Source: Bacillota bacterium
GTDB lineage: Bacteria; Bacillota; UBA5301
Direction: 5' to 3'
Assembly (NCBI GenBank): GCA_017656135.1
Contig: JACDOJ010000002.1
Coordinates: 65,120-129,119, forward strand
DNA: 64,000 nucleotides
Position 1 is the stretch's first letter, and each line of letters starts with the position of its first letter. The position numbers and the translations under genes were made by a program. Shown piece by piece: positions 29,506-39,564 of the stretch. A model generated the notes under the pieces. It was not told where the DNA came from. It saw nothing but the letters and a program-made list of their open reading frames with translations, and ran no database searches.

Positions 29506-31173
29506 TTGGGCAAGAAAAAGAATAGGCTACGGGTCATTCCCCTAGGAGGTCTAGGGGAAATCGGCAAAAACATGACGGTGATTGAATACGGCAATGACAT
29601 CATTATCATCGACGCTGGTTTGGCTTTCCCCGATGATGAACTCTTAGGAATCGACCTGGTTATTCCTGATTTTACTTATGTTTTGGAGAACAAGGATAAG
29701 GTTCGGGCCATCTTTTTGACCCACGGTCATGAGGACCACATCGGTGCCCTGCCCTATCTCCTGCAGCACCTGGATGTGCCGGTCTACGGTCCCAGGTTGG
29801 CGCTGGGGCTGGTCGAAGGCAAACTGGCCGAACTGGCTTCTTCCTTGAAACCCGAGTTGCGGGAGGTTACCCCGCAGCAGAGGGTTACAGCCGGCTGCTT
29901 TAAACTGGAGTTTATCAGGGTAAATCACTCTATCGCTGATGCCGTGGCCTTGGCCATTGAAACACCCATCGGATACATCGTACACTCCGGAGACTTCAAA
30001 TTTGACCAGACTCCAATTGACGGGGAAGTCACCCAGTTCCACCGGTTTGCCTACTATGGGGACAAGGGTGTGCTTTTGCTTTTATCGGATAGCACCAATG
30101 CTGAAAGGCCAGGTTATACTTTGTCTGAACGGGAAGTAGGTAAGTCCCTGGACGAAACCTTCCGGACCGCTCGGCAGCGGATCATCGTGGCCACTTTCGC
30201 CTCTAATATTCACCGGGTCCAGCAGATCTTGGACATGGCCGAAAAATACGGCCGTAAAGTGGCGGTTGTCGGCCGGAGCATGGTCAACGTCTTTAACATC
30301 GCCCGGGATTTGGGTTACCTTAGAGTTCCCAAAGGTCTGGAAATGGATCTCAACAAGATTGACAACATTCCCCCGGAACGCCAGGTGATTATCTCCACCG
30401 GCAGCCAGGGTGAGCCGATGTCTGCCTTAAGCCGGATGGCCAACAATGATCACCGCAAGGTTTCCATCGTTTCTGGAGATACGGTGGTTATTTCCGCTAT
30501 TCCCATCCCTGGTAACGAAAAATTGGTGGCCAGAACGGTGAACCACCTGTACGAGTTGGGGGCCAACGTTATCTACGAGTCCAGCTCCGGAATCCACGTC
30601 TCCGGACACGCCAGCCAAGAGGAGCTGAAGATGATGCTCAACCTGGTCCGGCCCAAGTACTTCGTACCTGTCCACGGCGAGAGCAGGCACCTATACAAAC
30701 ACGCTGAGCTGGCCGAACTCGTTGGGATACCCCGGAAGAATATTTTTGTCCTAAAAAATGGACAGGTCCTGGAGATCGATAAGGAGAGCGCCAAGATTAC
30801 AACTAAGGTTGCCACCGGCCAAGTACTGGTGGACGGTTTGGGCGTCGGTGACGTGGGTAATGTGGTGCTCCGGGACCGCAGGGTCCTTTCCCAGGACGGC
30901 ATCCTGATTGTGGTGGTGACTACCGACAAGGAAAGCGGCAAGATCGTCGCCGGTCCGGATATCATCTCTCGGGGCTTTGTTTACGTTCGGGAGTCCGAAG
31001 CTCTCCTGGAGGAGGCCCGGGAAAAGGTGAAAAAGGCTCTGGAAAGCTTCAACGAAGAGGAACTCAAAGAGTGGTCAGTGCTGAAACGCCGGACCAAAGA
31101 AGTCTTGGATTCCTTCCTTTGGGAGCGGACCAAGAGACGCCCGATGATTATGCCGATTATTACGGAGGTTTAG
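29506..31173 (+). CDS. rnj: ribonuclease J
   Basis: Metallo-beta-lactamase 'THGHEDHIGALP', beta-CASP and C-terminal domains. 555 aa. Confidence 0.9.
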   Translation: MGKKKNRLRVIPLGGLGEIGKNMTVIEYGNDIIIIDAGLAFPDDELLGIDLVIPDFTYVLENKDKVRAIFLTHGHEDHIGALPYLLQHLDVPVYGPRLALGLVEGKLAELASSLKPELREVTPQQRVTAGCFKLEFIRVNHSIADAVALAIETPIGYIVHSGDFKFDQTPIDGEVTQFHRFAYYGDKGVLLLLSDSTNAERPGYTLSEREVGKSLDETFRTARQRIIVATFASNIHRVQQILDMAEKYGRKVAVVGRSMVNVFNIARDLGYLRVPKGLEMDLNKIDNIPPERQVIISTGSQGEPMSALSRMANNDHRKVSIVSGDTVVISAIPIPGNEKLVARTVNHLYELGANVIYESSSGIHVSGHASQEELKMMLNLVRPKYFVPVHGESRHLYKHAELAELVGIPRKNIFVLKNGQVLEIDKESAKITTKVATGQVLVDGLGVGDVGNVVLRDRRVLSQDGILIVVVTTDKESGKIVAGPDIISRGFVYVRESEALLEEAREKVKKALESFNEEELKEWSVLKRRTKEVLDSFLWERTKRRPMIMPIITEV

Positions 31174-31244
31174 CAGGCTAGAAGGGAATTGTTCGGCTTC
31201 AAATACTCCATACTAAAGTTATGACTTGGTATGGAGGTAAGAAA

Positions 31245-32081
31245 ATGGATAAATTACGAGTGGAGAGCGAAGCGGCTCCTGGCGAACAGAAGGAGGCTAA
31301 GGATGAGGCCCAGAAGCAGCAGGCGACCCTGCAGGGCCTGAAACAGATGGGGCAGATGCCGGTAAGCCCTCCTCAGGAGCCGATGATTCACGCTGTTCCC
31401 ATCATCGGACAGATCGAAGGTCATTTGGTCATGCCTCCGAAGAACAAGACCACCAAGTATGAGCATATTCTGCCCCAGTTGGTTGCCATTGAGCAGAACC
31501 CGAAGATCAAAGGGGTGCTCTTCATGCTCAACACGGTTGGCGGAGACATTGAAGCCGGTTTGGCCATAGCAGAGATGATTCGGACTCTCTCCAAGCCTAC
31601 AGTCTCGCTGGTCTTAGGTGGGGGGCACTCCATCGGCATACCTATTGCGGTGGCGGCTGACCGGTCCTACATTGCCGAATCGGCTACCATGACCATCCAT
31701 CCTGTCCGTCTCACGGGGATGGTGATCTCAGTCCCCCAGACCTACGAGTACCTGGAGAAGATGCAGGATCGGATCGTCCATTTTATTGTGAAGAACTCCC
31801 GCATCACCGAAGAGAGGCTCAGGGAACTGATGTTCAGGTCGGGGGAGCTGATGCGGGATATCGGCACGGTTCTGGTGGGCAGAGAGGCTGTCAGAGAGGG
31901 GCTTATTGACCAAGCCGGCGGTGTAGGCGAAGCTATGGACTGTCTCTGGTCCCTCATTGCCCAGGCAGAAGAGGGGGCCGGTCGGGAAAGAGATAAACGA
32001 GGTGAAGATAAATATGCTCTACACAATCGTTCCGGAAGAAATCGTGTTAGAGGGTATCGACGAAGAGTACCCCGCTATTAA
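31245..32081 (+). CDS. tepA: ClpP-like translocation-enhancing protein TepA
   Basis: ClpP/crotonase fold '[18 protein letters not shown]'. The position after rnj matches rnjB-tepA-ylzJ in B. subtilis. The C-terminal roughly 25 aa overlap ylzJ and look like off-frame translation. Confidence 0.65.
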   Translation: MDKLRVESEAAPGEQKEAKDEAQKQQATLQGLKQMGQMPVSPPQEPMIHAVPIIGQIEGHLVMPPKNKTTKYEHILPQLVAIEQNPKIKGVLFMLNTVGGDIEAGLAIAEMIRTLSKPTVSLVLGGGHSIGIPIAVAADRSYIAESATMTIHPVRLTGMVISVPQTYEYLEKMQDRIVHFIVKNSRITEERLRELMFRSGELMRDIGTVLVGREAVREGLIDQAGGVGEAMDCLWSLIAQAEEGAGRERDKRGEDKYALHNRSGRNRVRGYRRRVPRY

Positions 32082-32223
32082 GGAAATTGTGCACCAGGGC
32101 GTGCTGGTTCAGGTGACCCAGTCCGGGGAAGACCTGGTGATCCAAAGGGTCATCAGCTCCAATCCCCAGGATTATCTCAGGCCGGACCTGATGCCGGGCA
32201 CGGTAATCAGCGCGAAGTATTGA
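32014..32223 (+). CDS. YlzJ-like small protein
   Basis: '[14 protein letters not shown]' has a good RBS 'gaggtgaag' and follows tepA as ylzJ does in B. subtilis. Confidence 0.55.
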   Translation: MLYTIVPEEIVLEGIDEEYPAIKEIVHQGVLVQVTQSGEDLVIQRVISSNPQDYLRPDLMPGTVISAKY

Positions 32224-32276
32224 CCACTTAGGGCGGTCATTAAGGCCGCTCCTTTTTCATATCCCTAGAGAAGGAA

Positions 32277-33257
32277 GTGGGGAAGCGAGGAAAAGGAGTG
32301 GCCATACTGGGTTACGTCCTGCTGGGGGCAGGAGGCTTTTTTTTAGGACTCAAGACCCTTTCCGGAGCTCTGGAAGGGCTCTTCAGCCAGAATTTCCGGC
32401 GCAAGCTGGGAGGAGCGGCCAGGGAGCATCTCTGGCAGGTTTTTCTGGTCTCCATTGTCTTTGCCGGACTGGTACAATCGAGCAGCGCCGTCACAGTCAT
32501 TGGGGTCTGCCTGGTTAACGCCGGTGTCTTAAGTCTAACTGATGCCGTGGCTCTGACCCTGGGAGCTAATATCGGGACGACGGTTACCTCCCAGCTCATC
32601 AGCTTCCCCTTGCGCCGGTGTATCCCCTGGCTGTTTCTGGTGGGTTTACCGGTAGCTTTCTGGGGCTTTGCTACCAAAAGAAAAGGCCGCCGGGTCTACC
32701 TGGTTGGCTTGACCCTGTTAGGATTGGGTCTTCTCTTCACCGGGTTCGAGCTGCTTCAGTATGCTCTAGGCCAGGCTGCCAGGAGCACAGAGTACTTTCG
32801 GGCTTGTTTGCGGTGGGCATCGACCGGGCCTGGGGAAGGTTTCACCGCTGGGCTGGTGGGGACAGGAGTGCTGCAGAGCAGTTCTCTGTTTATGGCTTCG
32901 ATCATCTCTTTGGCTAACCAGGGTGCCATTTCATTTACTGCTGCCTTCTTTGCCATGTTAGGCAGCAACATCGGCACTTCTTTTACTACCCTTTTAGCTG
33001 GGCTGGGAGCCTCCAGGGCAGGGAAGGCCGCTTCTCTGGCCAATTTGAGTTTCAACATTTTGAGTGTCTTGTTGATCCTGCCGTTCTGGTACTTACTTGC
33101 CACCTGGGCCCAAGGGAGCAGTTCCGTGCCTGGAAGACAGCTGGCCAACGCCCACACGGCCTTCAATGTTATCACCGCAGTGGCAGTACTGCCACTCGCC
33201 CCGGCGCTGGCAGGGTTTTTAGGGAAAATTACTAATCTACACACACGGGAGGATTAG
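32277..33257 (+). CDS. Na+/phosphate cotransporter-family membrane protein (transporter domain only)
   Basis: Two Na_Pi_cotrans repeats 'QSSSAVTVIGVCLVNAG...GANIGTTVTSQL'. No PhoU-like C-terminal domain is present. Confidence 0.65.
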   Translation: MGKRGKGVAILGYVLLGAGGFFLGLKTLSGALEGLFSQNFRRKLGGAAREHLWQVFLVSIVFAGLVQSSSAVTVIGVCLVNAGVLSLTDAVALTLGANIGTTVTSQLISFPLRRCIPWLFLVGLPVAFWGFATKRKGRRVYLVGLTLLGLGLLFTGFELLQYALGQAARSTEYFRACLRWASTGPGEGFTAGLVGTGVLQSSSLFMASIISLANQGAISFTAAFFAMLGSNIGTSFTTLLAGLGASRAGKAASLANLSFNILSVLLILPFWYLLATWAQGSSSVPGRQLANAHTAFNVITAVAVLPLAPALAGFLGKITNLHTRED

Positions 33258-33260
33258 GAA

Positions 33261-34031
33261 ATGCAGATCTGGGAAGCCATCTTACTAGGAATCATCCAGG
33301 GATTGACGGAGTTTTTGCCGGTGAGCAGCTCAGGCCATCTGGTCATCTTTCAGGACTTGTTAGGAGTGGCTCAAAGCGGGGTCACCTTTGAAGTGGCGGT
33401 TCACGTTGGCACTGCTTTGGCGGTGGCTTTTTACTTCCGCAATCACCTCTGGCAGATACTCAAGAACCTGCGCCTTTTATCCCTGCTGGTGGTAGCCTCA
33501 ATCCCTGCAGCCGTCCTGGGAATTTTTGCTGAAGACTTTTTGACCGGGCTTTTTTCCCAGACCCTAGTGGTCGGGGTGGCCCTTTTATTCACTGGAGGCA
33601 TACTCTGGTATGCCGAGAAAAAGACCAGGCAGGATGCTTCCTCCAAAAATTTTCCCGAACTCTCTTACGCCGACGCCTTCTTTATCGGTTTCGGTCAGGC
33701 ACTGGCCATTGTTCCGGGGATAAGCCGCTCTGGCTCGACTATCTCTGCTGGGCTCTTTCGCGATGTCCGGCGGGAGACGGCGGCGGAGTTTTCTTTTTTA
33801 ATGAGTGTGCCGGTCATTCTGGGTGCCGCTCTTTTGGAACTCCCTAATTTGGAGGCGGCAAGCGCCGGTCTGTCTTTGGGCCCGGTTGTGGTAGGGACCG
33901 TTTTTTCCTTTCTCTCGGGACTTTTTGCCATCTACTTTTTGCTTGCAGTCATCCGTCGCTACAGCCTCACTTACTTTTCCTACTACACCTGGTTTTTAGG
34001 GGCCATCGTGATCCTCTTAAATCTACTCTAG
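33261..34031 (+). CDS. uppP: undecaprenyl-diphosphate phosphatase
   Basis: 'GIIQGLTEFLPVSSSGHL' and a 'PGISRSG' motif. Confidence 0.9.
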   Translation: MQIWEAILLGIIQGLTEFLPVSSSGHLVIFQDLLGVAQSGVTFEVAVHVGTALAVAFYFRNHLWQILKNLRLLSLLVVASIPAAVLGIFAEDFLTGLFSQTLVVGVALLFTGGILWYAEKKTRQDASSKNFPELSYADAFFIGFGQALAIVPGISRSGSTISAGLFRDVRRETAAEFSFLMSVPVILGAALLELPNLEAASAGLSLGPVVVGTVFSFLSGLFAIYFLLAVIRRYSLTYFSYYTWFLGAIVILLNLL

Positions 34032-34104
34032 AGGCAAATAATGGCAGGAGTGCCAGGGGGAAACCGGAATATATATCACTGAAACCTATTTGGAGGTGGA
34101 TGTG

Positions 34105-34746
34105 ATGTTTGTCAAAGATAAAATGTCCACGGACCTGGTGACAGTCTCCCCGGAGACCAACATCTTAGATGCTCTGGAACTGATGAGGAAGAACAACATT
34201 CGTCGTTTACCGGTAGTAGAAGGAGATAAGTTAGTAGGAATGGTGACGGAGATGGACCTGGTGAGGCTCTCTCCATCCCCAGCCACCTCGTTAAGTGTAT
34301 TTGAGCTCAATTACTTATTGGCCAAGACCAAGGTCAAAGATGCGATGACAGCCAACCCCATCACAGTCGACTCCGAGGCTACCGTGGAGGAAGCCGCCCT
34401 GATCATGCGGACGAACCAGATCGGAGGTCTGCCAGTAGTCCACAACGGCAAACTGGTGGGGATTATTACTGAGACAAATATTTTTGATGCCTTCATTGAA
34501 TCCATGGGCCTACGGCGGGCCGGCACCAGGATCGCCATCGATGTGGAAGACCACCCTGGAGTCCTGGCCGATATCACTCAGGTCATCTACAAATCGGGCA
34601 TTGACATCATCACCTTAGCCACCTTCTCCGGAGAAGAGGGCAAGGCCCGGATTGTGGTGAGACTCGCGGTGGATTCAGCTGATCAGCTCATCAAGGAGCT
34701 GGAAAGTCACGGCTACAAGGTAGCCCACGTGGCCAACCTGCACTGA
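34105..34746 (+). CDS. CBS-pair plus ACT domain protein (AcuB-like)
   Basis: Two CBS motifs ('LVTVSP...', 'PITVDSEATV') followed by a C-terminal ACT-like domain. Confidence 0.65.
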   Translation: MFVKDKMSTDLVTVSPETNILDALELMRKNNIRRLPVVEGDKLVGMVTEMDLVRLSPSPATSLSVFELNYLLAKTKVKDAMTANPITVDSEATVEEAALIMRTNQIGGLPVVHNGKLVGIITETNIFDAFIESMGLRRAGTRIAIDVEDHPGVLADITQVIYKSGIDIITLATFSGEEGKARIVVRLAVDSADQLIKELESHGYKVAHVANLH

Positions 34747-34854
34747 AAGGCTCGGGCCTCGGAGCTTCTCCGGGGCCTGCTTCTTACGGAGGACAGGAAA
34801 TGGTAAACTCAGTGTAGAATTTCTTTAAGACCACCAATAAAGGTAGAGAAGTCC

Positions 34855-35922
34855 ATGGCTCCAAAGAAACCAAGCCTAAAACGACGTCGTGTACGTGCCT
34901 TAATTGGTCTTGCAGTAGCTTTAGTTTTCATCATTGCTTTGGTGGGATGGGGGGTCACTCTGGACTGGCGGGCCCTCAAACCTTCGGTGCCGGCCAGGTA
35001 CGGGCGGGTAGAGACCGCCTATTCCGGTACTGCTTTGGCCCTTAGAAAGGAACAAGTAGTTTACTCTCCTCTTACCGGTGAGGTCGATCAGTATGTTTCT
35101 GAGGGTACTCGGGTTCCCGCCGGAAAAGTGGTGGTCAAGGTAACAGATGAGGCTGCAAGGAGTACACTGATTAGTGAACGGGAATCCTTAGAGCGTCGCT
35201 TGATCGACCTTTCCAGCCGCAACCCCTTCAATAAGACGGATCTTGTTTCCCAAGAGCTTTCTCCGGAGGAGAAAGCAGTTCGGGAAGAGTTGGAAAAGGT
35301 CACCAGGGAGTTGGAGAGCTGCCAGGCGGAGGTCGTTTCCCCGATAGCCGGGATTATCGCCTACCGAATCGACGGCCTGGAGAGCCCGGGGCCGGAAGTT
35401 GCCATCAGTAACCTGCTTAATCTGGAGAAGGAGCTTTCAACTTTTCCCCAGATTCCGGCCAGAACAACGCCGACTGTAAGACACCGCCAGGTACAGTTGG
35501 ACAAACCCTTGTTCAAAGTCGTTGATAGCCTGCAGTTTTGGGTTGTAGCTGATCTACCGCCAGGTGTGGAGTTGACTCGCGGTCAAAGGGTCCAGGTTCG
35601 CTTCTTTGAACGGCCGAACCGGAGAATTGCGGCCGAGGTGAGGCAGGTAGTTTCCAACCCTGAGTACACCAGGGTGGTTTTGTTTTTCCAAGATTATCAA
35701 GATTTTTTCACCGAGATGCGCTGGACGGAAGTTACTGTGATTACCTCCTACCATGAAGGTGTTATCGTTCCGGTAGAGGCCTTGCACCAGGAGGATGGTG
35801 TCTGCGGTGTCTATGTCAAGGGGATAGGCGGGGTGGTCTTCAAACCGGTGGAAGTCATCGGGCAAGACCAAGAAAGCGCTGTCGTAGACGGTTTGGCCGA
35901 AGGGTCTCGGGTAATCTTGTAA
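34855..35922 (+). CDS. membrane-anchored hypothetical protein with HlyD/biotin-lipoyl-like barrel and coiled coil
   Basis: Basic N-terminus and a single transmembrane segment. 'SPLTGEVDQYVSEGTRVPAGKVVVKV' resembles membrane-fusion-protein lipoyl folds. Confidence 0.35.
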   Translation: MAPKKPSLKRRRVRALIGLAVALVFIIALVGWGVTLDWRALKPSVPARYGRVETAYSGTALALRKEQVVYSPLTGEVDQYVSEGTRVPAGKVVVKVTDEAARSTLISERESLERRLIDLSSRNPFNKTDLVSQELSPEEKAVREELEKVTRELESCQAEVVSPIAGIIAYRIDGLESPGPEVAISNLLNLEKELSTFPQIPARTTPTVRHRQVQLDKPLFKVVDSLQFWVVADLPPGVELTRGQRVQVRFFERPNRRIAAEVRQVVSNPEYTRVVLFFQDYQDFFTEMRWTEVTVITSYHEGVIVPVEALHQEDGVCGVYVKGIGGVVFKPVEVIGQDQESAVVDGLAEGSRVIL

Positions 35923-35943
35923 CCGTAGGCGGAGGGGAAATAA

Positions 35944-37269
35944 GTGAAAAAGACTTTTGTTCTGGATACCAGTGTTTTGCTGCATGATCCGCAAGCCCTA
36001 TTTTACTTTGAAGATAATGATGTGGTAATCCCCATTGCGGTCATCGAGGAGATCGACGGGCACAAACGCAAATCCGACCAGATTGGCCGGAGCGCCCGCA
36101 TGGTTTCCCGCTATTTAGATGAGCTGCGCAGCAAAGGGCATCTCAACGAGGGTGTGGACAACGGCCAGGGGGGGATGCTGAAAATCGAGCTCAACCACCA
36201 GGAGCTGGAGGGGCTTCCCTTTGGTTTGGACCGAGTCAAGAACGACAACCGGATTTTGGCGGTGGCCCTCAGTCTACAAAAGGACGAGCGCTGTCAGAAA
36301 CCGGTTATCTTGGTCTCCAAGGACATCAACATGCGGGTTAAGGCGGATGCCCTCGGGCTTTTAGCCGAAGACTACGAGACCAACAAAGTTAACATCGATG
36401 AACTCTACCCCGGCTTTGAAACGGTCTTGGTGGCCCCTGAGAAGGTCAATGAGTTTTATCAACAAGGCTGGCTGTCTTTGGCGGACCTTGGAGGTAGGTA
36501 CTACGCCAATCAGTTTATCATGCTGCAGGACAACGCCGGCCAGTCCCAAACCGCTCTCGGCAGGGTCGATGTCGGGCAAAAACGCCTTTTGCCTTTGAGA
36601 CATCCCAACGCGGACTTATCCGGCATCAGGGCCAGGAACCGAGAGCAGAAGTTTGCCATCGAGGCTTTACTGGATGACGACATTCAACTGGTAACTCTGG
36701 TGGGGCAGGCCGGGACCGGGAAGACTCTGCTGGCCTTGGCAGCAGGAATTGAAAAGGTATTGGAAGAGAAGAAATACCGCAAATTACTGGTCACCCGGCC
36801 GGTAGTGCCCCTGGGTAATGACATCGGTTTCCTGCCGGGAGATGTGGAGGAAAAGCTCCGGCCTTGGATGCAGCCTTTATATGACAACCTGGAGCTGATC
36901 TTTGGCAATCGGGACCGCCAGGAAAAGCTGGATGCCTATATTAATCACCTCCAGGATTTGGATATACTAGATATTGAGGCCCTCACCTACATTCGCGGCC
37001 GATCTATCCCAGGTCAGTACTTCATCTTGGATGAGGCGCAAAACCTCACCCCCCACGAGGTCAAAACGGTGATTACCAGGGTGGGAGAGGGGACTAAAAT
37101 TGTATTGACCGGGGATCCCTACCAAATCGATAACCCCTACCTGGACGCCAACAGTAACGGACTTACCTACGTGGTGGAGCGGTTCAAGGATTACCAGGGC
37201 GCAGCCCACATCACGCTGACCAAAGGTGAGCGTTCAGCCCTGGCTGAGATGGCAGCAGAACTTCTGTAG
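35944..37269 (+). CDS. PIN-domain plus PhoH-like ATPase (YlaK family)
   Basis: N-terminal PIN domain ('FVLDTSVLLHD'), Walker A 'GQAGTGKT' and Walker B 'ILDEAQN'. Confidence 0.85.
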   Translation: MKKTFVLDTSVLLHDPQALFYFEDNDVVIPIAVIEEIDGHKRKSDQIGRSARMVSRYLDELRSKGHLNEGVDNGQGGMLKIELNHQELEGLPFGLDRVKNDNRILAVALSLQKDERCQKPVILVSKDINMRVKADALGLLAEDYETNKVNIDELYPGFETVLVAPEKVNEFYQQGWLSLADLGGRYYANQFIMLQDNAGQSQTALGRVDVGQKRLLPLRHPNADLSGIRARNREQKFAIEALLDDDIQLVTLVGQAGTGKTLLALAAGIEKVLEEKKYRKLLVTRPVVPLGNDIGFLPGDVEEKLRPWMQPLYDNLELIFGNRDRQEKLDAYINHLQDLDILDIEALTYIRGRSIPGQYFILDEAQNLTPHEVKTVITRVGEGTKIVLTGDPYQIDNPYLDANSNGLTYVVERFKDYQGAAHITLTKGERSALAEMAAELL

Positions 37270-37282
37270 TGAGGTAGAGATA

Positions 37283-37987
37283 ATGTCGGAGCGTGCCCAA
37301 AATATAGCTGACAGGGTAGCCAGAGTCCAAGAGAGGATTGTGGCTGCCTGTGCCCGGGCCGGTCGGCGGCCGGAAGAAGTTCTCCTGGTGGCGGTAAGCA
37401 AGAACATGCCGGCCAGCGATATTCAAGCTGCCTACCGGTGCGGACTGCGGAACTTCGGTGAAAATAGGGTTCAAGAGGCCGTCTCCAAGGTGCCTGAATT
37501 GCCCAAGGACATCAGGTGGCATTTCCTAGGCCAGCTGCAGCGCAACAAGGCCCGTAAGGCTCTGGAGTTTGCGGAGCTAATTCACTCCCTAGACCGTATG
37601 AGCTTGGCCGAAACCTTAAACAGGCTGGGCAAAGAGCGGAATCAGGTGGTTTCGGTTCTGGTAGAGGTGAACACCGGCGGCGAGGAGTCCAAGGCCGGGA
37701 TTTCTCCTGCCGAGCTTGAACCCTTTCTCTATCGGCTGCAGGATTTGGAGTGGATAGCTGTCAAGGGGCTGATGACCATCGCTCCCTACGTTGACGACCC
37801 TGAGGCGGCCCGACCCTTCTTCGCTGAGCTGAAGAGACTTGCCCAGCAGGCGGAAGGATATAAGTTGCCCCGGGTTTCCATGGAGGTGCTCTCCATGGGG
37901 ATGACTAATGATTATGAAGCAGCCATTTTGGAAGGATCCACTTTGGTCAGAATCGGCCGGGGGATTTTTGGCCCCCGCCGGAGTTAG
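37283..37987 (+). CDS. YggS-family PLP-binding protein
   Basis: 'LVAVSKN' (PLP lysine) in a TIM barrel. It sits upstream of sepF as ylmE does. Confidence 0.8.
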   Translation: MSERAQNIADRVARVQERIVAACARAGRRPEEVLLVAVSKNMPASDIQAAYRCGLRNFGENRVQEAVSKVPELPKDIRWHFLGQLQRNKARKALEFAELIHSLDRMSLAETLNRLGKERNQVVSVLVEVNTGGEESKAGISPAELEPFLYRLQDLEWIAVKGLMTIAPYVDDPEAARPFFAELKRLAQQAEGYKLPRVSMEVLSMGMTNDYEAAILEGSTLVRIGRGIFGPRRS

Positions 37988-38000
37988 GGAGGAGACTTAG

Positions 38001-38465
38001 ATGCCAGGTTTTTTAGACAAAATCTTGGATCTGATGGGGATAGAGGATGAGGAGTATGAGGAGGAGCCGGCCTTTGCCAGGGCTGAGGAATCGGCTAACC
38101 GGGCCATCAAGGTGCGGAAGGTGCCCCGGCCCACCAAAGGGAGGTTGATTTCCTTTCCTACCGGTAAGAATGAGGAAGACGGGGTCAGCAAGGTGGTGCT
38201 CTGTGAGTTGACCGATTACGATCAGATCCCGGAGGTTGTGGCCCATTTGCGCTCCGCTTTTCCGGTGGTAGTCAACTTGCGGAGGAGCAACCCCCAAACG
38301 GCCCAGCGCTTCTTAGATCTGTTGTGTGGGGTGATTTTCGCCCTGGACGGTAAGATCGCCAAAGTAGAAGAGGCGATTTACTTGCTTACTCCTAAGGGAG
38401 TGGACATCAGCGCAGATTTGGATCTGTTCAGTTTGGACCCGCAATTGGATTGGTTAAACAGGTAA
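38001..38465 (+). CDS. sepF: cell division protein SepF
   Basis: 'MPGFLDKILDLMGIEDEE' N-terminus and a conserved C-terminal domain. Confidence 0.85.
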   Translation: MPGFLDKILDLMGIEDEEYEEEPAFARAEESANRAIKVRKVPRPTKGRLISFPTGKNEEDGVSKVVLCELTDYDQIPEVVAHLRSAFPVVVNLRRSNPQTAQRFLDLLCGVIFALDGKIAKVEEAIYLLTPKGVDISADLDLFSLDPQLDWLNR

Positions 38466-38478
38466 AGGAGGGGATGGC

Positions 38479-39288
38479 GTGAACGGCCGGGTAGCCATTA
38501 TAGGGACAGGTGTCATGGGAGGAGCAATCCTTAAGAGGCTGGTCAAAGATTTGGCTGACCCAACCCGAGTGGTAGCCGTTGATATCAATGAGGAGAGACT
38601 TGCCGAACTCAGCCAGGAGTTGGGGGTAGCCACCACCACTTCGGTGCCGGAAGCGATCGCAGATAGCACGATGGCGGTTTTAGCGGTTAAACCCTGGGTG
38701 GTTCCCCAGATTTTGAAAGAACACGGACGGGAGTGGCCAGAGGGGTGTCTGCTGGTCTCGGTGGCGGCGGGAGTCAAGACTCAGACCCTGGAAAAGTACC
38801 TACCTGTCCAGGTTCCGGTGGTTCGGGCCATGCCCAATACACCGGCCTTAATTGGTGCCGGAATCACCGCTTTGGCAGCCGGAAGTGCCGCTAACGAGGA
38901 ACACCTGCGTCAGGCCGCAGAAGTTCTTGGGAAGGTCGGCGAGGTAGTCATCGTTCCTGAGAGTTCCTTGGATGCGGTGACCGGGTTGAGCGGCAGCGGG
39001 CCGGCTTATGTCTACATGTTCATTGAGGCTTTGATCGACGCCGGGGTCAGAGAAGGCTTACCTAGGGAAACCGCCCGTAAACTGGCTGTAGAGACAGTCT
39101 TGGGAGCGGCGAAACTGGTGAAGGAGACCGGTGAACACCCGGCAAAGCTGAAAGATGCGGTCACCACCCCAGGTGGTACCACTATTGCCGGCCTGGCCGC
39201 TTTAGAGACCGGCGGTTTCAGAGGACTGGTATTAGATGCAGTTAGTGAGGCAACCAAAATATCCCGTTTGTTAGGGAAGGATGAGTGA
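38479..39288 (+). CDS. proC: pyrroline-5-carboxylate reductase
   Basis: 'VAIIGTGVMGGAI' and 'RAMPNTPALIGAG'. Confidence 0.9.
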   Translation: MNGRVAIIGTGVMGGAILKRLVKDLADPTRVVAVDINEERLAELSQELGVATTTSVPEAIADSTMAVLAVKPWVVPQILKEHGREWPEGCLLVSVAAGVKTQTLEKYLPVQVPVVRAMPNTPALIGAGITALAAGSAANEEHLRQAAEVLGKVGEVVIVPESSLDAVTGLSGSGPAYVYMFIEALIDAGVREGLPRETARKLAVETVLGAAKLVKETGEHPAKLKDAVTTPGGTTIAGLAALETGGFRGLVLDAVSEATKISRLLGKDE

Positions 39289-39553
39289 ATTGAGTTTGTG
39301 GGGGCTGGTTAACAGCATTTTCGAAGTTTACACCTGGATTATCATTGCCAGGGTAATTATTTCTTGGGTGGCTCCGGCTTCCCGCCACCCGGCAGTGCGG
39401 TTCGTCTACGATATGACCGAACCTTTGCTGGGCCTGATCCGGAGGTATATTCCGGCCACCGGGGGAATTGACTTCAGTCCTCTGGTAGCTTTGATCATCG
39501 TCCAGCTTGTTCAGAGAATTGTTCTCAACCTTTTGATCAGTATCATGTACTAA
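39281..39553 (+). CDS. YggT-family membrane protein
   Basis: 90 aa with two transmembrane segments and 'YTWIIIARVIISW'. Confidence 0.75.
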   Translation: MSELSLWGLVNSIFEVYTWIIIARVIISWVAPASRHPAVRFVYDMTEPLLGLIRRYIPATGGIDFSPLVALIIVQLVQRIVLNLLISIMY

Positions 39554-39564
39554 GGTGGGTAGAT

